DNA from: the human T2T-CHM13v2.0 reference genome, Homo sapiens
Assembly (NCBI RefSeq): GCF_009914755.1
Contig: NC_060928.1
DNA: 64,000 nucleotides
Direction: 5' to 3' (one strand)
Below are positions 57,003-64,000 of this stretch, piece after piece. The translations under genes were made by a program, and so were the position numbers. The notes beneath the pieces are model-generated. The model made no database searches. It had not been told where the DNA came from and saw only the letters and a list, made by a program, of their open reading frames with translations. How positions within the stretch are numbered: the first letter of the stretch is position 1; the number at the start of each line of letters is the position of its first letter.

Positions 57003-58558
57003 CAGAATCTGTAAATTACTTTGGGCGGTATGGCCTTTTTCATGATATTGATTCTGCCTATTTATGAGCATGGAATGTTCTTCCATTTGTTTATCTCCTC
57101 TCTTATTTCCTTGAGCAGTGGTTTGTAGTTCTTGAAGAGATCCTTCACATCCCTTGTAACTAGTATTCCTAGGTATTTTATTTTCTTTGTAGCAGTTGTG
57201 AATGGGAGTTCACTCATGATTTAGCTCTCTGATTGTCTATTATTGGTGTATAGGAATGCCTGTGATTTTGCACATTGATTTTGTACCTGAGACTTTGCTG
57301 AGTTGCTTATCAGCCTAAGGAGTTTTTGGGCTGAGACGATGGGGTTTTCTAAAAATACAATCAGATCATCTGCAAACAGAGACAATTTGACTTACTCTCT
57401 TCCTATTTGAAAGCCCTTTATTTCTTTCTCTTGCCTGATTGCCCTGCCCAGACTTCCAATACTATGTTGAATAGGAGTGGTGAGAGAGGGCATCCTTGTC
57501 TTCTGCCAGTTTTCAAAGGGAATGCTTCCAGCTTTTGCCCCTTCAGTATGATATTGGGTATGGGTTTTTCATAAATAGCTCTTATTATTTTGAGATATGT
57601 TTCATCAACACCTAGTTTATTGAGTGTTTTTAGCATGAAGCGGTGTTGAATTTCATCAAAGGCCTTTTCTGCATCTATTGAGATAATCACGTGGTTTTTG
57701 TCACTGGTTCTGTTTATGTGGTGGATTACATTTGTTCATTTGAATATGCTGAACCAGCCTTGCATCCCAGGGATGAAGCTGACTTGATCGTGGTGGATAA
57801 GTTGTGTTTGATGTGCTGAGAGATTCGGTTTGCCAGTATCTAATTGAGGATTTTCACATTGACGTTCATCAAGGATATTGGCCTGAAATTTTCTCTTTTT
57901 GCTGTGTCTCTGCTAGAGTTTGGTATCAGGATGATGATGCTGGCCTCATACAATGAGTTAGGGAGGAGTCCTTCTTTTTCTATTGTTTGCAATAGTTTCA
58001 GAAGGAATGGTACAAGTTCCTCTTTGTACCTCTGGTTGAATTTGATGTTAATCCATCTGGTCCGAGGCTTTTTTTTGTTGTTGTTGTTGGTTAGCAGGCA
58101 ATTAATTACTGCCTGTATTTCAGAACTTGTTATTGGTCTATTCAGGGATTTGACTTTTTCATGGTCAAATGGAATGCTATGCAGCCATAGAAAGGATGAG
58201 TTTATGTCCTTTGCAGGGACATGGATGAAGCTGGAAACCATCATTCTCAGCAAACTAACACAAGAACAGAAAACCAAACACTGCATGTTCTCACTCATAA
58301 GTGGGAGTTGAACAATAAGAACACGTGGATGGACACAGGGAGGGGAACATCACACACCGGGGCCTGTCAGAAGGTGGGAGGCAGTGGGAGGGAGAACATT
58401 AGAACAAATACCTAATGCATGCTGGGCTTAAAACCTAGATGACGGGTTGATAGGTGCAGTTAACCACCATGACACATGTATACCTATGTAACAAACCTGC
58501 AAGTTCTGCGCATGTATCCTGGAACTAAAAGTGTAATAACAATAATAATAATAATAAA
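57003..58558 (+). mobile_element. L1PA7/8-type element with inverted ORF2 segment and ~1.2-kb internal deletion
   Basis: Minus-strand ORF2 57003-58165 ([15 protein letters not shown]) is joined to a plus-strand 3' end 58166-58558 (cctaatgcatgctgggcttaaaacctagatgacggg) with a (TAA)n tail. Confidence 0.9.
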
Positions 58559-59628
58559 GTCTAGAAAGCAGTAAGTTAAAATGCATAAAGGGTTATAGAG
58601 GTTTCTTGCATATATGGCACACACAATGTCACTTCTAGCAACCACTGCAAAGAAATAATTTAAAGAATGGTCAAGACAGCATATGTGTATAGATATTTTG
58701 CAGGGTATTATTTATAAAGTGAGACATTGCCTAACGTTCAATAGTTAATGGTTATTAACTTTGGTTTATCTATCCAGAACATGATATCATTAAAATAATT
58801 TTAAATGACAAGTATGAGAATAGACATATAGATAATATTATGTAGTAGAGATAAGCATAGTAAAAGATTTTATATTTCAGAATTCCATCTATTTATAATT
58901 GATACATATTTATATGTAGGACTGAAAGTAAGAAAATAAAAACATGTCCTGTGTTAAATAAGAATAATAATGATTAAATTTATGTCTAATTTTTGTTTTA
59001 AATAAATAAACTGTCTTAAAATTGTTCTTAGAAGCTTACATTTTAAGGACTTTTTTAACTACCAGAAGTATATTTTGATATACTTACTTAAAATAAGATG
59101 TATAATTCATATTTTTCAAAGTAGTAATCTCCACAGATTTTTTCTATTTCAATATTCTTATTATTATAGACACATTTATGTTTGTTATATGATACTATGC
59201 AATTAACTTCCTAAGGCAGTAATATCATCATCTTTGTACAAGCTACGGGAAAGTAAGATTTTATATTTTTTGTTAGATATTCAAAAAACTCAAATGACTT
59301 AGTACCATTTTTTTCTTTCTGTTTGGGCAAAGAAAACAACTTATTACTTTTGCCAAGACGTCATTTTATGCAAGGAATTTATCGATTTTTATTTTCCACT
59401 TATAGTAAAATGACTTCATACATTTATGGAAAGATGTACAGAAAAAATTAAGACAAAATTCAAGATGATTTTCTCCCACGGTAGGAGGCATATTTGAAAT
59501 GTTTCCAGGCAACTAAATTGGAAGTTTTTGCATCACCAACAAAGAGAAATATCTCATCAGGAACTAGTGTATAAAAACAAAATCTCTGGGTGTTGCTTTG
59601 GATTTGTTTGTCGATTGAAACTTGCTTC

Positions 59629-59855
59629 ACTTGCCTGGGCAATATGGTGAAACCCCATCTCTACAAAAAATTTTTAAAAAATTTAGCTATGTATGGAGGT
59701 GCACACCTGTAGTCCCACGTACTTGGGAGGCTGAGGTGGGAGAATTGCTAGAGTCTGGGAGCTTTTGGCTGCTATGAGTCATGAATGCACCTCTCCACTC
59801 CAACTTGAGTGACAGAGAGAGACTATGTATCCAAAAATAAATAAATAAATAAATA
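59629..59855 (+). mobile_element. AluJ, 5'-truncated
   Basis: Begins gcctgggcaatatggtgaaacccc; (TAAA)n tail; TSD aacttgcttc / aatttgcttc. Confidence 0.85.
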
Positions 59856-60210
59856 CAATTTGCTTCTGCAGTTTAGCAGGTTGGCTTTAATGGTGAAAGT
59901 ATAACTTGGTCTCTGAGCATGTTAGATTTTCTTGACATATATATTGGATTATTTAGGAAATAAGATTTCTATTAATTTCAACACAACATTTTCTTTGAAG
60001 GCAAAGCCTAAACAAAATTAAAATGCCTGAAAAAATCAAGGAAATACAAAAGAAAAATAGAGCAATGTTTTATTATTCTAGATTAATCCATGATTTCTTG
60101 AGTTATAAAGAAAAATATACTATCTTCTCTTTGATTTAAACTTTGGATCTAAACTAACAAGCTGCTGAAAATTTTATTTCAACCAATTTCCTTTTACTGG
60201 CAATAACTTT

Positions 60211-61035
<825 letters not shown>

Positions 61036-61249
61036 AAACTTATTCATTTGTAACAATGAGCAAATAAGAAACTACAGTACTTGCTAGTAGTACTGTTAAA
61101 AGATATATCTAAATCTATATCTATATACACACATACATATATATAAATATGAAGAAATTAGGTATAGGAAATATGATGGAGACTATTTTTTTAAAGTCTG
61201 AAATGACTAGTAGAAATTTGCTAAGAGAAAAAACGAAACTGTTAGAAAG

Positions 61250-62260
61250 TGTTTCACACAGAAGTACTTTTTTAAAGTTCTAGAAACCTGAGGATATGAT
61301 CTAGTTGGGAGATGGGAAGTAGTTCAGAATGACAGGAGTTTAGAATATTAGAAAGCAGTCGTAAGAATTTAGACTGGAAGGATAAATTGAGTCAGATAAT
61401 AAACATTTTTGGAAGATGCACTAAAGAAACATATTGAAGCTCTTTAAAATCATGTATGGGTTTCAGTCAGGGGAATAAAGAATCCAATTTGAAAGATCAA
61501 ATAGAATTACAGAGCAGAGAAAGAATTGGAAGTAGGCAAGTACAGAAACAGGAAGATGAATTAGCACACTAGAGATTATGAGAACTTCAGTGATAATGAT
61601 GTTGAGAATTATACGAAGTAGACTTGATTCGTGTGGGAAGTGGAATCAATAGAACTTCCTGATTGATTAGACTTCAGAGATAAAGGAGGTGACTGTCACT
61701 AGCATTTGCTTTGGGTTTCTGACTTTGGATACTAGGCCGTGTTATTTCTTTTAATTGGGATGATGAATATAGGAGGTGGAGGATGTTAGGAATTGAGGAC
61801 AGAGTTGGTCAGTTGTGAATATAGGGAGAGTGGCTTAAATGAAGATGTACATACAGTGAAGACTAGTCTTACAATATAAATCAGTTCCCAGTAGTGTATA
61901 CATGATAGATAAAGGAATGGATGCTGATGAAATCTTCTGATGAGACTCAGTGGTGTAAGAATGAGACAAAACTAAACACAGAATATGAGGAAATGCTAAT
62001 TATCAATTGAGATAATAATTCAGTCAAAAATTCTGAGAAGTGACAGATAGAAAATAAGAGGGAAACAGGGGAGTATCAAAAATAATCATTGAAAAAAGAA
62101 TTTGAAGAACAATGAACAGTGAGCTCTTCTAAAAAAAGACAATAGTATTCATTAATTGTTTTAACAGGAAGAATTAAGCACAAAATTTCAGTCAAAGAGT
62201 TATCAATGGCTTCATATGTCAATACAAAATGAGCAAGTGGAGCAAAGAATGGAGGTAATT
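61250..62260 (-). mobile_element. L2 internal fragment
   Basis: Purine-rich L2 antisense signature: gtggaatcaatagaacttcctgattgattaga...gggtttctgactttggatact; boundaries approximate. Confidence 0.6.
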
Positions 62261-62379
62261 ATTTCACTATGTGCTGTAATGGGAGCAAGTGAGAACAGTA
62301 TGGTTCTTTGGTTATGAGATGAGAAAATCTGAAGTGGTCTAAATGGGAATTCAAACAGCAAATACAGAGAAACTGTTCT

Positions 62380-62738
62380 TAATACAAATACACACAAACT
62401 ATAGCCATGTGATGTGATAGATATTTTAATCAGCTTGGTTGTGGTAAACATTTCACAATACACGGATATATCAAAACATCATACTGTATACCTTAAATAT
62501 ACAGATGCTTCTTGACTTATGATAGAGTTATATCTGGATAAATCCATCAGAGCTTGAAAAATACTGTGAGCCAGAAGTCACAATATTTTCAATTTGTGAT
62601 GAGTTTATCCAGACATAGCCCATCATAAATTGAGGAACATACTGAGGGTTTGTAGCTTTTGCATTATTGTAAAGTCAAAAATGGTTAAATCAAACCACCA
62701 TAAGTTGGGGACCATGTGAATACAATTTTAAAAAAAAG
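62380..62738 (+). mobile_element. L1MA/MB 3' end, interrupted by MER47
   Basis: atgtgatgtgatagatattttaatcagcttggttgtggtaaacatttcacaata...taccttaaatata|tacaattttaaaaaaaa. Confidence 0.75.
62502..62718 (+). mobile_element. MER47/Tigger5-type MITE
   Basis: Starts cagatgcttcttgacttatgatagagttatatctggataaatccatc; ends accataagttggggaccatgtg; preceded by TA. Confidence 0.8.
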
Positions 62739-63151
62739 ACTGGAGAAAATTCAAATAACTACCGTTTTCTTTTCTTATTCTCTTTGGGGACCTGTGAGTT
62801 CCCTGGGCACTGGATGCAGACTAAAGTAAGATTCCAAGAAATATCAGTTGTCTCTTGGGTAATTTGAATTTAACTAGTAACCTGCAGTGCATTATTGTTA
62901 AATGGGTATTCTAAGACTCATTATCCATAATTAAAATAAAAACAAGCCATGGAAATAGTCCAATTTTCTAACAATTAGAATGACAGAGATTATGAGATCA
63001 TGAAGCAGAGATGAAATTCAGGTATAAGCCAATAGGATGGACATTAGATAAAGCATACTGGAATGGAAAGAAAGAATGTGTGTGGTAAAATCCGGAGTTA
63101 TAGCTTGAACTAAATGGATATAAATAATCTTAGGGTTTTTTTTTTCCAGAA

Positions 63152-63948
63152 AGCTCATCATCACTGATCATTAGGGAAATGCAAATCAAAGCCATAATGA
63201 GATACCATCTCACACTAGTCAGAATGGCTATTATTAAAAAGTCAAAAAATAACAAATGCTGGAGAGATTGCACAGAAAAAGAACACTTAGACACTGTTGG
63301 TGAGAATGTAAATTAGTTCAACCATTGTGGAAGACAGTATCACAATTCCTCAAAGACTTAAAAACAAATACTATTTGATCCTGCAATCCCATTACTGGGT
63401 ATATACCCAAATACTCAAAGGAATATATATATATATGCATATTTATATGTATATATAATTTTATTATAAAGACACATGCACATGTATGTTCATTGCAGCA
63501 CTATTCATGATAGCAACGACATGGAATCAACCTAAATGCTCATCAATGATAGACTGCATAAAGAAAATATGGTACATATACACTATGGAATATCATGTAA
63601 CCATTAAAAAAATGAGATTATGGGCCGAGATTATGTCCTTTGCAGAAACATGGGTGGAGCTGGAAGCCATTATCTTTAGCAAACTAATGCAGGAACAGAA
63701 AACCAAATACTGCATGCTCTCACTTATAAGTGGGAGCTAAATGATGAGAATACATGGATTAATAGAAGGGAAAAACACACAATGGGGCCTGTCAGAGGGT
63801 ACAAGGTGGGAGGAGGAAGAAGACGAGGAAAATAATTAATGGGTACTAGGCTTAATACCTGAGTGATGAAATCATCTGTACAACAAACCCCCATGACACA
63901 AGTTTGCCTATGTACCCCTGAACTTAAAATAAAAGTTAAAACAAAATA
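63152..63948 (+). mobile_element. L1PA13-16-type 3' end, 5'-truncated
   Basis: ORF 63486-63740 MFIAALFMIATTWNQPKC; 3'UTR gggtactaggcttaatacctgagtgatgaaatcatctgtacaacaaacccccatgacaca. Confidence 0.9.
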
Positions 63949-64000
63949 ATACAGCTGAAAAATTCAGCCAGTTCTCAGATGAAAAAGGCACAGTCCGATC

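Overview
AT-rich primate genomic DNA, probably human since it contains an Alu with all five AluYa5 diagnostics. It is intergenic or deep-intronic, and I recognise no protein-coding gene, structural RNA gene or CRISPR array. All long ORFs derive from L1 ORF1/ORF2, Alu, Tigger1 or low-complexity repeats. Roughly half or more is transposon relics: several L1s (two 5'-inverted), about ten Alus, LTRs (THE1/MST, MLT1, LTR2, MER57-like, MER67-like, LTR16/33-like), a decayed ERVL provirus (LTR-PBS-gag), a full-length Tigger1, Tigger3, MER47, MER20, half a MADE1, MIR and L2. I find no evidence of a new multi-gene system. The notable observations are: a twin-primed 5'-inverted Alu; a TSD-flanked polyadenylated orphan insert inside an L1; shared private variants between two L1s 8 kb apart (probable gene conversion); a duplicated ~135-bp module with a perfectly conserved ETS+GATA core; and two relics of an ancient palindromic element. 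Repeat subfamily names are recalled from consensus sequences and need RepeatMasker/Dfam confirmation.
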